Origin: Trypanosoma brucei
Lineage: Eukaryota
Direction of reading: 5' to 3'
Assembly (NCBI GenBank): GCA_000002445.1
Contig: CM000207.1
Span: 2,688,001-2,752,000 of the forward strand
DNA: 64,000 nucleotides
Of this stretch, positions 12,030-23,041 are shown one piece after another (position 1 is the stretch's first letter; each line of letters opens with the position of its first letter). The notes beneath the pieces were generated by a model, which was given only the letters and a program-made list of their open reading frames with translations, searched no databases and was not told the DNA's origin. Both the position numbers and the translations under genes were made by a program.

Positions 12030-12110
12030 TGTTCAACACCACCCATATTGTATTATTAGTATACACACACTCACGACACATTCCTGCCATTATTATCATT
12101 CATAAAATAA
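12030..12110 (-). repeat. 70-bp repeat (degenerate, single unit) upstream of VSG 9454..10999
   Basis: ATACACACACTCACGACACATTCCTGCCATTATTATCATTCAT resembles the 70-bp core TATACACACTCACAACACTTTCCTATTATTAT seen at 44437-44660. Confidence 0.55.
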
Positions 12111-12246
12111 ACAAAATAGGAGACCGTTTATGATAGCAGTATCTTTTTAACCATATCACCTCGCTACATTACACCCAAAGTCCACCTTTTAACAAATTTT
12201 CGTGTATTCAACTTCTATTAAACATTTTGCATACTTTCATCAAAAC

Positions 12247-12262
12247 GTGTTAAAATATATCA
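12247..12262 (-). promoter_or_regulatory. VSG 3'UTR conserved 16-mer (TGATATATTTTAACAC) belonging to orphan VSG 3' fragment
   Basis: Exact reverse complement GTGTTAAAATATATCA at 12247-12262. Confidence 0.8.
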
Positions 12263-12357
12263 AATTTAAGCTGAATTTTATGAAATTTATGAATTATTCA
12301 TTTTGAGAGAAATTTCTAAAAGTGAGCAAAAATCCTAAATATTTTTTTCCTCAAATC

Positions 12358-12700
12358 AAAAATGCAAGCAAAAGAGGGTCCTTTATCACAAAAGAATTTT
12401 CCATGTGGTGTTTGTGTGGTTTTTCTATCATTTTTACTCGTTCCCGCTTATTTTTCTACTTCCTTCTTGATTTCCTCACTCAATCTGAGCATTTTACCCT
12501 AGACGGATTTTGGGTTAAAAACGTACCCCTGGGAGTTGAGCGTCTTTGTTCGTTGGGTGTCAGCGGCAGATTGTGTAGTCGCTCCTTAATTTCTGATCTT
12601 TATAATCGCCATTTCACAAATAGTTTCCCCTTTCTTTATTTACTTTTTGAAAACAAATCGTTTGGCTCACCGAAACTGCAGCGCGCCAGCGTAAAAAAAT
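12358..12700 (-). pseudogene. Orphan VSG 3' fragment: C-terminal domain remnant plus GPI-anchor signal (ENSFVIKDPLLLAFLI*) and own 16-mer
   Basis: Minus-strand translation of 12358-12420 gives ...HMENSFVIKDPLLLAFLI stop; pattern CCTGTGGTGTTTGTG shared with C-termini at 21545, 41320, 45790. Confidence 0.65.
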
Positions 12701-12744
12701 GTCGCGTGCAGTGTCATAGGCCGCGGTCCATATTTTTTTAAAAT

Positions 12745-13145
12745 TGATACCGCGCGCAGCACGAAATGCAGAGCTGAAATCCACAGAAGCAAAAAAAGTT
12801 AAAACTACGGGCTAAGGTGCAGGTGAAAAAATTAAGTGGAGTTGGACGTGGGGGGCAAATAAGGGTTAGGGTTGCATTAAAAAAGAGCGGCTGCATCATT
12901 AAAAAAAAAAAGAGAGCTAAAGTCGCTACAGTTCACTGCTATTAAAAAAACTTATTAGTAGCAGGAGAAATAACCCTAACCCTAACCCTAACCCTAACTA
13001 ACCTAACTACCCCCCCCATTCCTACCTACCTACAAAAATAAAAAAACAGGAAAGAAGAAAAAAAATTTTAGCTGTCAGAAAATATTTTTTTACAGAATCA
13101 CAAATTTTTACAAACTTTACAACAAACAAAAAAACTCGGCTGGTT
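12745..13145 (-). repeat. Telomere-hexamer cassette copy A: GGGTTAGGGTT (12863-12873) ... ~90-bp conserved spacer ... (CCCTAA)4 (12974-12997), plus conserved flanks
   Basis: Read directly; on the minus strand (TTAGGG)4 runs in telomere orientation immediately 3' of VSG 13227..14796; homologous copies at 16540-17345, 25015-25585, 45240-45700. Confidence 0.8.
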
Positions 13146-13149
13146 TTAG

Positions 13150-13165
13150 GTGTTAAAATATATCA
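13150..13165 (-). promoter_or_regulatory. VSG 3'UTR 16-mer of VSG 13227..14796
   Basis: GTGTTAAAATATATCA exact on plus strand, i.e. 16-mer on the minus strand. Confidence 0.85.
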
Positions 13166-13226
13166 GAAAGTTTTCAAGTAGCAAGAAATTTTTTGCAAGG
13201 AAAATTTTAAAAAGAGGGGGGGAAAC

Positions 13227-14796
13227 TTAAAAAAGCAAAAATGCAAGCAAAAGAGGGGCCTTTGTTACAGCAGAAATAACAACTGCTCCTTCCTTAACTT
13301 TGCACTCATTTTTTTCCTTATCCCAAGTGCATTTGTTTTTGTCATATTTACCCTCTTCAGTGGCTGTGCATTCATTCTTTTCTTTACTCCCGTCTTTCTT
13401 TTCTCCTTCTCTGTCAGTTTTGTCTTTTTTGGCGTCGTCTTCGGTTTTGTCTATTTTTTTTCTCGTGTTGCTTGTGTCTCTTCATAATTACGGATCGCTA
13501 ATGCTTTTTCATAGTCGGGGCTGTCGCTTAGTTCACTAATTTGTCTCCTCCACTGCTTTCCGATGCGCCAAAGTCAAGTTTCTGCGACTCGTAAGGCTTG
13601 ACAAATTTTTCGTCTGCAGTTTTCGATTCTTTCCCAAACAGTGACTCAGCTACCGCTTGTTTGTCCGCTGGCTTCGTGGTGCTGGTGGGCTTCCCTGTAA
13701 GAATCAAGTAAGCGATGTCCTGCACTTTCGCGTCCCCTGCGAGATCACTTACCTTCCTTTCAACAGGTCTGGCTTGTGTGCTTATTAGATGTTGTTGGGC
13801 TATACATATTGAGTGTGCTACGTGCTTGGTGCTAACGATATATTTTTTTTCGGGGGTTTCTTCCGGTTTGCAGTCCGTCTCGTCGTCTGGCCAGCCGACT
13901 ATGTGGTTTGTGGTCAGGGTGTATTCCGGCGTGTGCCGGGCAATCGAAAGAATCGCCAGGCCGTGGTCGATGTCGCTAAGGTTGTGGGCTGAGCCGCCGG
14001 CAGAGGTGCAACCTATGCCTCCTGCGGCCGCTGCTGCCATGCTGTCGATGCTGCCTATTGCCCCGATGTGTATTTTCATTTTGGCCAGAGCAAATTCGCT
14101 GTCGGAAACCGCTTTGTAGCTTTTTAGGTCGCCGATGTTCCCTGCAGCGGCTTCGATCTTGCTGTCAACGGAATCATCCTTTGGACACGCTTCGTCCGTT
14201 ACAGCCTTTGATGTTACTGTGGTTGTGCAGCCTCGGCTGCTGCCGCCCATCGCCGCTTGTTTGGTGGCATCCGGTTTTGCTTCGCTCATTGTCGGGTTTG
14301 TCGGTTGTTGAGCGAGCAGTGCTTTTAGCTGTGCGTTGCGCCTTGTTAGTACATCGACGGCTGTTTGTAGCTTCGGCTTTTTGGTGCCTATCTCGTTGTG
14401 AAGTTCTTTAATCGTTGCTTCCGTCAAAGCTGATAGAGTTAGCAGCGCCACCTTCGTCTTGGTGTCGCGGACTTTGCAGGCTAATAGCCTCAGTTTTCTT
14501 TGGTCTGCTGCTAAGTTTTTTAGAGACTGTTCGGCGCCGGTGATTAGGCTGGTATAAGTTGAGATCAGTTTGTCGTTGAATTTTTTTTCGTGGTAGGGCG
14601 TTGTTATATCGGTGTTGAAACTTGAGCCTTTCTTCGGTAGTGCGGCGCAGGTGTTGTATACGATGAGAGCTGTGCTTAGCATTGCTAGAATCGCCCCAAT
14701 TGTGTGACTGACGTTGATTGTGGAGTGCCGCTCCACGAGGCCGCTTATTTTGTGTGTCGCCAAAAAAGCAACCGGGGTTTTTTTGGTTGCATGCAT
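13227..14796 (-). pseudogene. VSG (422-aa ORF 13528..14796; C-terminal 100 aa in shifted frame ending AVVISAVTKAPLLLAFLLF*)
   Basis: Signal peptide IGAILAMLSTALIVYNTCAA, N-domain; GPI signal decoded from 13227-13290 on minus strand; single frameshift near 13528. Confidence 0.8.
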
Positions 14797-15729
14797 TTGA
14801 AGTGGCTGTCGGGGATGTTTTCGTTAGAGACGGCTTTGCTGCGACCCTAGTGTTTCTCGCGTCTAGGCTTCTTGTCAAATAAGGAGTTGATAATTTTTTT
14901 GCTAAGAGATGTTTATCTACTCTGTGCTAGCTTCTGACGTCTGTTGATGATGTTTGTGAGCAAAAAAAGAAATTTAGTCCATAAATCACAACATTAAATT
15001 TTAATTCATGTCGTTGTATATCTAAATATATAACACTAAAAATATATTTCACCGTGTGCTACTAGTGTTTTCTAACTACTGGTGTGTGGATGCATCTTCA
15101 ACAATGATATAACTCTGATGCTTCTTTATTCCAAGTGGATTTGAGCATTTCCGCTGTGTTAACCTGTTTTTCCATCGGTATCTTCAGTGCCATGTTAGAA
15201 AATTGTGTTCTTTGACTCATTATTTTGCTTTGAAGTTGGCTTATGTTTTCTATCAATACCACGTCAGTGTGAATATTTATATGAATTATCCGTTTCTTGA
15301 ATGGAATAAACAGTTTGCCATTGTGTAAATAGAGGTGTCGAAACATCAATTGAAAATTTCTTTACTGTACAAAGCTTTTTTAGAGCTCTAATTGTCGGAT
15401 TTTATTGTTTTCTCGCTGGTTTACATTTGGAGTTTAGTGAGGAGTATCTCCTGTCTCTATCGTAGCGCAGAACGTAGGAGCTACCTTAGTTGGTCACTGT
15501 ACTCCGTCTCTTTATGATTCCTACCTCATTATTTATTGATACGATAGTTCTTGCTCCATTTCTGTGTTTGAAAGTCCGCATAATTCAGCCTCTGCCTGGG
15601 CTTTTATTAAAAATAAATATATGATCCATCTTCTCTATTCTTTCTCATTCACTTAATCTCATTAAACATTACCATTGTTGGAAGTTTTTCTATTTTTTGT
15701 GATATTTTTTCGCCATAATTTGCAAAAAA

Positions 15730-15800
15730 AACAACATACACTCACAATACTCACCTATCATTATTATCATTATTTTGTTACTCTATTACTAATATCAATA
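15730..15800 (-). repeat. 70-bp repeat (degenerate)
   Basis: ACACTCACAATACTCACCTATCATTATTATCATTATT. Confidence 0.5.
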
Positions 15801-16079
15801 AAGTAAACAAAGTAAACAAAATAAATAAAATAAGGAAAATAGTGAACTTTTTACAAACAATTTCCGCACTCATTTGCTTCGTCATATCCTTTTAATATAC
15901 GTTTTACTAACATTCTTAATTTTTATTGTTTCAAATTTTTAACAATTTTCACATTTTAATTAAAATGTGTCATAATTATTAAAATTTAGAAAAAGTTCAC
16001 AAAATTTTAAAAAGTCTCTCAGGCTAGGAAATTTCATAGTCTTGTTAAAAGTAAACAAAAACCTAAAAAAACTTAAAGA

Positions 16080-16420
16080 AGCAATGCCGCAAAGAAGCAA
16101 CCATCAGAGCAATTTGCTTATTTACAGTAAAATTAAAAACACGGCATTTAACTTTGTCCTTTTTATCCTCGTTATATTTCCCATTTCTCTATCCACAATG
16201 CTTTTTGCAATCCCTGTTTAATGCCTTACATTCCTGTTGTGTGGTGAGTTTGCTGCAGTGAGGTTTACTATCTTTTCCTCTTGCTTCTTGGTTTGCTTTT
16301 TCTAGTTTTTCTTTCACATCCTTGTTCAATATGCACTTTTTGCCTTCTTCGCTATCCTTGTTAAAAACGCATCCCTGGCATCTGCTCGCTTTTTGGCATA
16401 TTCTGCCAGCGACAGATCGG
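16080..16420 (-). pseudogene. Orphan VSG 3' fragment (Cys-rich C-terminal domain plus GPI-signal tail)
   Basis: Minus-strand translation shows CxxC-rich C-domain and hydrophobic tail analogous to 9454-9560 and 17414-17480. Confidence 0.55.
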
Positions 16421-16539
16421 TCAGTCCCTCCTTAGCAGCTCCTCATAATAATTTCCTACTTCCAAATAACTCTCTTTTTAGATTATTTATCCGTTAAAAG
16501 CAAACAGGATCGGGAAAAGCCATAGGCGGCACGCTGCCG

Positions 16540-17345
16540 TTTTTTAAGAGAAAAAGAAAAGAAATTTGGTTCCGTTTCTATCACAAGAAGCAGAGCTGAA
16601 ACTCTCAAAAGTGTGAAAAGTGTAATTATGACAAATCGCTAGCGAGTTTGGTTCTTCAAATTTAAGCAAATATTTCTGCACTGTAAATAAGGGTTAGGGT
16701 TCACGTAAAAAAGAGCTGCTGCATAACTAAAAAAAAGCTAAAGTTGCAACGCTTCACCACCAGTAAAAAACAAAAAAATTAAAAATTATAACCCTAACCC
16801 GCAAGAGGCTAGCTCGATAACCTGCGAGGCTCGTGCCGCTGACCAATCAAAAGATTACAGTGGCCGCCAAAACAAAAATATCGAGGCCCAAAAGGAATGA
16901 AAAAAAAATTAAAATCATTAAAAAGTTTTAAAAATAGTGTTGAAAACGAAAAAGATGATAAACTAAATAAATTAAGTGGCGCCTCACGGCTGAGGTGCGA
17001 ATAAGGGTTAGTGTCATCGTAAAAAAAGCCGTTGCATTAATTAAAAAAAAACAAAAAATTATAATAAAGGGATAATCGGGCAATAAAAAAACAACTGATA
17101 AGAGGAGAAATAACCCTAACCTGAATAACCCTAATCCTAAGCCTAAGCCTATCCATAAACTGAGCCCGGATAACCCTCCCTAGCCTCCATACCTAACTTT
17201 CCTAACCTCCTTTCTTCTTTTCTCCTCTCGTCTTACGCAGATTTATGCACAAAAAAATCAACAATAAAAAGGGGAATTTTTACTCATCAGAAGAAAAAAT
17301 TTACAGAATCACACATGCAGTCAGATTTTTTATAAAAACACACAA
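16540..17345 (-). repeat. Telomere-hexamer cassette copy B (two tandem cores: GGGTTAGGGTT 16691-16701 with AACCCTAACCC 16790-16800; GGGTTAGTG 17005-17013 with AACCCTAACC...CCCTAATCCTAAGCCTAAGCC 17112-17150)
   Basis: Read directly; conserved flanking motifs GCAGAGCTGAAA and TTACAGAATCACA shared with copies A, C, D. Confidence 0.8.
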
Positions 17346-17413
17346 TTTCCGGTGAACTTACGTGTTATAATATATAAAATTTCAGCAAAGGTAAATTGAG
17401 GGGAGAAATTTGT

Positions 17414-18973
17414 TTAGAAAAGCAAGGCCACAAAAGCAGAAATAATTAGAGCCAATTTTTTGTTGAGGAGAAAACTGGAATCACGGCAGTAAGGTTTTTC
17501 AAGTGTTCCTTTACCATCCTTATAAGTGATCCATCCGCAAACAGATTTTTTTCCATGGGGAGCTGTTTCTTGCACTGCCTCATATTTCTCTTTGCTTTCT
17601 ATGCCTTTACATTTTGAAGTTTGCTCTCCATCTCCTCCTGTATTGGTCTGAGCTGTACCTTTACTTTTATCTACTGTGCACTTTCCATCTTTTTCCGTTG
17701 TTCCTTTCCATTTGCAACAATTTTCTGTGCATGTTTTGTTTGCTTTATGGCCATCGCAGGTTGCTGATTTCTTGGCTTCCGACAAAGCACTTTTGGGTTG
17801 GTTTTCGAGTGGCTCGCCAGTAAATTGGCCCAGGGTTTGTGCGCTTCTCGCCCGCACGAGAAATTGGCTTAGAATAGCTGCTTCCTTTGCCATTTTTCGA
17901 CATCTTTGTCTCTTTCCCTGAGCTCAGTAATCGCAGCTTAAACTTGGACCAACCATGGTATCTGCTTGCCTGCCGCCGTGGATGTGCGTGTGAAGTACGT
18001 CGAGTAGTCAACGCACATTTTGTCCGCAGCGCCGTCGCAATTTGTGTCCGTGTCTTTGCCTAGGCTCGATGTGCCGCCTGCGGCGGTTGTGTGGCGTCCG
18101 ATCAGGTTTATTAGATTGCTGCTTGCGGTTCGTAGGCTGGTCGGCGTGACCGGTCCTGGGTTGACCTCAGCGCATTTCGCGAGCAAGGCTTGTAGTCCGC
18201 CGTCCGGTCCGTTGCCACTGGCCCAGTAGTTACTTAATTGCGCGTGTGTGCAGACTACGGTTTCCGTGACGGCTGAGCCGAGGCAAAGACAGGCCAGGTC
18301 TTTTTCTAGTGATTTGCCCGCATTTTTGGTTTTGCATGCGGTGCCATCCCTGTCTGCTGCGGCTAGAACTTGACGTTTGGGCCTTGAGCCATCTGCCTCT
18401 TTGGCTTCTGCTCCGTACAAGGCTCCTAGAAGGTAGTTCCTTGCCTTTATGGACCGAGTTTGAGCCACCGAACTATACGCTGTTGCGTATAGGTTGTAGT
18501 GGAAAAGCGCAGCGTCACCCAGCGGCTTAATTTCCAGTCTGCATAAGAGTGCTCCTTGTGCTCCTGTGGGCGGCTGGTTATCTTTAAGCCATTGTTTGTT
18601 GGCGTCGTTATCTATAATGCCTTTCTTTGCTGTCCGCCACGCCTCCCATCCGCTTGCCCAGTGGGTCTTGTAATCTTTACTTTCGTACTGCGCTTGGACG
18701 TCTTCCCAGGCCGCTCCTTCTACAGCTTCTTTGAATTTGTCTTTCCATTGCTGGTCTGCACGTCATGTTCAGTTTTTTGATTTCTGCCAAGTCAGCTGCG
18801 GCAGACGCTACTTCAATGACGGCTGGCGGTGCTTGTTTGGCTAGTTGTATGAGGTGGCATAGCGCGCGATATTCGACGGTATTTTCTCCAGCGCTTGTTG
18901 CCGCATCTGCTGCTGATCCAAGCAGCGTTATTAAGGACAAGCAGATAAAGAAAGGCCTTTTAATAGCTAGCAT
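17414..18973 (-). pseudogene. VSG (three ORF pieces 18677..18973, 17938..18468, 17414..17893; intact GPI signal SSFLLNKKLALIISAFVALLF)
   Basis: ORF track; signal peptide FFICLSLITLLGSAADA; C-terminal CxxC repeats. Confidence 0.8.
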
Positions 18974-19229
18974 GGTCTTGCTTCTTTAGCTGGAAAAGGG
19001 GGAATAAATCGGTGTATTTCGTTTTTTTGTCCGTCCTCTGTTGTTATTTTCTTCAGCAGAAATGTTGAGTTAAGTTCGGTCGCTTTCGTCTTGGTTTGTA
19101 AATAGGAGTTTTAGGGACACCATAGGATAAATTGAACGTTTTGGATGGTCGTTCTCTTTAAGCGTTTGTGCTTTTACTTCTTAGTTTACTACAATTTGTG
19201 GCATCTAAAGTCTGCCCATGTGCTGTCGA

Positions 19230-20389
19230 CTATTTCAAGTTTGAATGGTAGGCAGGCAGCCTTATTTTTTCTTTTAGTTGGCTTCTCAACGGAATGTATC
19301 CATATGCGTTTACGTGGTGCAAAACAATAAGGTTAGGATTTTCTTCTACAAATTTCTCGAGTGGCCTTTTCACATGCATCACAAAATGACAATCTTTCAT
19401 ATCGACCGTCAAAAAGTCCTCAATTTTAAGTTTATTCTTTATAACTTCTCCAACAATAATATCTTCATTGAGTGCTCTAAAATCCATATATGTTTCCAAA
19501 TTTCTGAATTTAATCGTTAACTTTACTAATTTTTTCAAAGGTTTATAATCAACTATTTCCTTCACCACATCCCTGTATAGTGTGAACGCATAACCAATGG
19601 TATGCCATGTAATTTCATTACTAAATTCTTTATAATAACCAACAGCTCTCCCCATATTCAATTTCTCTTGTGGTAATATTTCAAGGTATTGCAAATACAT
19701 TGGCACCCTCATAAATATATCATCATCTGCTTTCATTATATAGGGATTAGCTGACTTGAATGTATAAACTGCAAATTTGAATCACAAATATGTTTTTCTA
19801 CTCATCGTGAGATCTTATTCCCAGCCCCAATTCCTCAACCCTCCAACTTTTTTATTTGCTGTTGGATTCACATCACAAACAGGTAAAATTATAATATCCT
19901 GGTATAACTCTGCATCTCCTTCAACAATTTCTCTGAGCTCGCAATTATTATTTGTATGAGGGGAATGAGCATATACTATAAGCAACTTCCCACTAAAATT
20001 ATTTGACTTACGTGCCAATTCATGGTAACTCTAACAAGTTTCCCTCTGTAGATTCCTTCTTCTGAATCTTTCATCATTATCTATGGAAGATATTCCAGAT
20101 ACAACAAAATAATCTTCAGTTTTCCAAATACTCATAACATCCTGCGAAACAAATCTCATATACTCATCTTCAACAATCTCCAGTGAAATGGATTCACCCT
20201 CACTAAACAAACTGTATAGTACACATATAAAATAATTACCATAGAAATAAAAGATAAACAACTCACTTTTGCATAGATACCTCCCATATGGTTTATAACT
20301 TCCTGTTTTCGTACTAATGAAAACTTTAAATATCTTATAATATCATTGTATAAAACAAAAGAGAGGAAGTTAGTTGCAGCATGATTCAA
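19230..20389 (-). pseudogene. GT31/GT67-type UDP-Gal/UDP-GlcNAc-dependent glycosyltransferase pseudogene (4 frame-broken pieces)
   Basis: TM segment, then SGISSIDNDERFRRRNLQRETC (ExxxRxTW-type motif), then GDAELYQDIIILPVCD, then MKADDDIFMRV (DDD catalytic motif of beta-1,3-glycosyltransferases), spread over ORFs 20156..20389, 20031..20261, 19815..20018, 19230..19736. Confidence 0.75.
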
Positions 20390-20426
20390 GTTTTATTGTT
20401 TAACAAGTTTGCATTTTTTACTTATG

Positions 20427-20470
20427 ATATATATATATCGGCCTATATATATATATATATATACATATAT
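20427..20470. repeat. (TA)n microsatellite
   Basis: tatatatatatcggcctatatatatatatatatatacatatat. Confidence 0.9.
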
Positions 20471-21169
20471 CTATTATTTATGGCCCCCACATGCTGGGTA
20501 TGGTGCCCAACTCCTGTTTTGTAGATTCATCCATAATGAAATTATGGCGCAGACGCTTTGTCGTGCGCATGGCATCGAGGCTACCCAGTGTATTTCAGGT
20601 TAAGTATCAGTCTTCATATGTTATTCACCAATGGCTGTCCTGAATACACTATTTCTTGTAGAGTTCATTTGTTTTCCCATATCAATACCGCGGTGTTGTG
20701 CATTCTTATGTGATCTATACATTCTTTAAATGTGCTCAATCTGTTGGCATTGAGCTATTAAGTTGGGAGAATAATAATTTTAAATTATCTGTATAAATTT
20801 TTTTGTTGGATTCCAGCAGTACTTGCTGATTCTGTTCACGGTTTTGCCATCTTTTGCTTGCATTGTAGTCAGTGGCCTCCTTTTGTTTGCCGCTGCGTAC
20901 AACATAGTAGCTACATCTGTCTTTCCATTGCTTTGGTTCTCTCAAGGAAGGAGTGCTGCATGTTGCTGCGTCTGAAAATCCTTCTGTGCTGCTATGGTTG
21001 AAAGCGCAATAAATCTATTGTCCTCTGTGAATTTTCTTTCAATAATCTTCTTGCTTTATTTTACTCGCTCTTTGTCACTCTCTTACTCACATGGTATTCT
21101 TGATATTGGTTTTAGATCTTGTGGTTTTCGGGTGTATTTAGTGCTTATCACAGCCCTTATTATAATATT

Positions 21170-21250
21170 TGTATATACACACTCACTACACTTTCCTATC
21201 AATATCAATATAGTTGTAGCTATTATTGTAACCCTAACCGTATTATATCC
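21170..21250 (-). repeat. 70-bp repeat followed by TAACCCTAACC junction motif
   Basis: TATATACACACTCACTACACTTTCCTATCAATATCAATA...GTAACCCTAACCG. Confidence 0.6.
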
Positions 21251-21492
21251 TTAACTAATATCGTACAAAAAATATTTAAAATTCGCATAGCACCCGTTTT
21301 TCAAACTCTTCTACCCTACGATTTTGCTCATATATTTTATAGTCATACACATTTTAATAAAGCTTAAACTTTTTCCAGATTTTTAAAATTTGCAAACTTT
21401 ACAAAAAAAAATGTTAAAAAATATAAAATATAGCAAATATAGCAATTCTTTACAAATTTCGTAAATTTCAGAAAAATCCTTTGATAAATTTA

Positions 21493-23041
21493 ATTACAGG
21501 GGCAAACATTCAACCAAAAGAGGTGCCTTTTTTTATTAGAACGGAATTTCTTCCTGTGGTGTTTGCTTTTTCATTACTCCCTACTTTCACGCCATTTTTG
21601 AGCTGGAACTTCCCGTCTTTGAATCCACATCCATCCTTTTCGTTGCATTGATTTTTGTCAGTTATTCCATCGTAGTTAGTTGTTTATGGTTCGGCGCCTG
21701 GTTTGGGGGTTGTTTCTCAGTTTGCGCCTGGATCTTTTCTTTGTCCAGTGCCGTTCTCTTGTAAGCAAACGGCAAGTACTGCCCCATACGCGTCGTTGTT
21801 TGCCAGGTCTTCGAGCGTTTTACCACCGTTGTTGTCTGCGGGGTCGTAGTCAAGTTTTTGGTTTTTTATTGGTTCGGTAAACTGAGTATGAACTTTTTTC
21901 GTACCCATCCCAAGTAAGTCTTTTACCGCCGCTGCTGCGGCTGCTGTGTTGACACCTTTTTCAGGTTTTCCTTTTAGCACTCCCAACGCTATAGCTTGCA
22001 TGTCTGCACCGCCTGAAAGATCGTCCAGTGTCTGTTCTCGTAGTAGCGTTTGGATTTTAATACTTATCACCCTTGTTGTGCATAGTGTATGTATTCGCTT
22101 TTGTGGCCGATCAATCTTGACAGTTTGGCGTCTGAGTCTTTTGTGCAGCCAGCGGCGCCACTGTCACCTTTGATGTAGGCCTTTTCGGTGTTGAGGGCTG
22201 TGTTTGCTTGATTGAAAGTACCGAGGGCCACGCCGGCGCTTATAGCTCTCGCTGTTCCTGCTGACCCAGATTGTCCGCAACCTTTTTTATCTGATGTTGA
22301 CGCCTGCATTGAACTCATTTTCCCTATCGCGATAACTTTCACCTGCTGTTGTTTTATGCTGAAGGCGGCGTCGGGCGTGGTTTTTATGGTTTTAGTGCCT
22401 TTTAGCGCTAGAGTGCCCTATTTTAGCGTCGCATCGACGGAGCGTTCCTGTTTTCAAAGTTCGGTTGTGTCAGGGGCGGCATCCGCGGTTATCGTGCAGC
22501 TGCGGCTCGATGCTATTGCTTCGTTGCCGTTGGTATTAGACCTTTTTGTAGTTGCTCCAGCCATTGCCACTTTTAGATTTTTTGCAAGCAGCACCTATAG
22601 CTGCCCTAGCCGGCACCTTAGTGTGGCAATTTTGTCCCGCAGCTGCTGACCGTACTCCTTAATTGATTGTATTTGCCTTGCAAGTCGAATTGTTGTGAGT
22701 GCTTCTATCGCGTGATGTTGATTTTTAGCCTTTTCTTCTTTTGTTTTACAGGCCGCGAGCGTATGCAATTTTATGTCACGCTGTAATTTAGTTTCCCTGC
22801 TCTTCGCTGCTCTGATTGTGGTTTCATAATTTCCTATTACATGCTCCAGATATTTATGCTCATGGCACGGCTGTGATATAGTTGTCTGGTCGGCGCTGTC
22901 AGTCACTTTGGTATGAGCTATTGCGATGGCTATTGCTACATCTGCTAGTAATTGAAGATACTGCTTTGTGTTGAGCAGCGTCATTGGTAGTTTTTCAAGC
23001 TGGATAGCCTCGGCTAAAGACGTAATAGAATAAAGAATCAA
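21493..23041 (-). pseudogene. VSG (pieces 22595..23041, 22067..22342, 21717..22070, C-terminal domain 21493-21700 with frameshift in A-run)
   Basis: ORF track N-domain pieces; C-terminal ...NSVLIKKAPLLVECLPL-type tail decoded on minus strand. Confidence 0.7.

Noticed and set aside
12974-12997. (CCCTAA)4 could indicate a true chromosome end
   Set aside because: There are only 2-4 hexamers, with unique sequence on both sides and inverted partners 100 bp away. It is an interstitial telomere-like tract, not a telomere.
15098-15349. Minus-strand ORF 15098..15349 in the upstream region of VSG 13227..14796
   Set aside because: It is short, has no recognisable motifs and lies in AT-rich intergenic sequence, so it is likely spurious.
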